A DNA stretch of 49,209 bases, filler included, from Bipalium vagum (lineage: Eukaryota), in NCBI GenBank assembly GCA_037834085.1. It is 2 parts of 2 records of this genome, joined end to end, with 100 filler letters (N's around TTAATTAATTAA, not from the genome) between each part and the next. Parts side by side here need not be neighbours in the genome. Positions count along the whole stretch, not along the records: positions 27,609 to 49,209 come from JBBMKC010234820.1; 1 more part is not named here. One strand, given 5' to 3'. Shown here in pieces: positions 48,701 through 49,209 of this stretch; position 1 is the stretch's first letter, and each line of letters opens with the position of its first letter. Made by a program: the position numbers and the translations under genes. Under the pieces are notes generated by a model. That model had not been told where the DNA came from and did not search any database. It was given only the letters and a program-made list of their open reading frames with translations.

Positions 48701-49209
48701 ATATTGGAACATTTATACTTTCAGTTTCCCGGAGAAAGCATTTCAGTTAATAAACACTGAAGTAATTTATTATTATACACAAAAATCTGGACGAGTAAAA
48801 GTTTTGATGAAATAGATTTATTTAAAATAAATGAACAAAAAAGGAAACACTTATAATATTAATGACATTTTAATTTTGTGCAGTAATGTACAATATTAGG
48901 TCTACAAATTGAAAAGGTACCTATTTAGTGAATGGCTTTAAAGTCACTATTAAATCCCTTTTTTGTAAATAGTGTAAGTGTTTTGGTTTGACGCTTACTG
49001 CGAGATCTAATCTCGAAAATATAAAAATGCTAACACTATTAATATAGGTTAGAACTGGGATCACCAACTACGTCAAAGGTAGTGTAACAAATAGGTGTTC
49101 TAAGATACGAAAAAGTACAATTAAAATAACTGAGATGACACGTATTTTGTTTACAAAAATATATTTTGTATAACAATTACAAATCTTTATATCACAGTTA
49201 TTATAATAT

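Noticed and set aside
48968-49040. Hammerhead-like CTGCGAGATCTAATCTCGAAA with flanking stems
   Set aside because: The core lacks the invariant A of CUGANGA, and there is no proper stem III or UH cleavage site.
1-49209. CRISPR arrays, tRNA/rRNA genes, prokaryotic systems, alternative genetic code
   Set aside because: No regularly spaced repeat-spacer array or structured RNA was seen. Host genes translate with the standard code, and stops in TEs reflect decay.

Overview
Very AT-rich eukaryotic (almost certainly invertebrate animal) genomic DNA with short (44-66 nt) GT-AG introns and dense, mostly decayed transposons. A 100-bp assembly gap with a six-frame-stop linker (27509-27608) means the two halves may not be contiguous. 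Three host genes were reconstructed by hand, all on the minus strand: (1) an intact hnRNP L gene (4 coding exons, 539 aa); (2) the 3' part of a divergent neprilysin/M13-like gene that appears to lack its catalytic motifs; (3) a TSNAXIP1-like gene (9 exons, about 428 aa, apparently lacking the usual C-terminal half). Mobile DNA includes a Penelope-like retroelement in partial-tandem layout, a compact Ty3/Gypsy element (126-bp LTRs, PBS, PPT, 5-bp TSD), three Merlin (IS1016-like) relics, Tc1/Tc3/IS630-like relics, many mariners, a hAT end and a probable solo LTR. The most interesting signal is in the hnRNP L 3' UTR: a consensus 5' splice site directly after the stop codon, a second donor about 280 nt further on, and a shared acceptor followed by a CA-rich cluster. 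This suggests a splicing/NMD autoregulatory switch. All homology calls come from remembered family motifs, not database searches.
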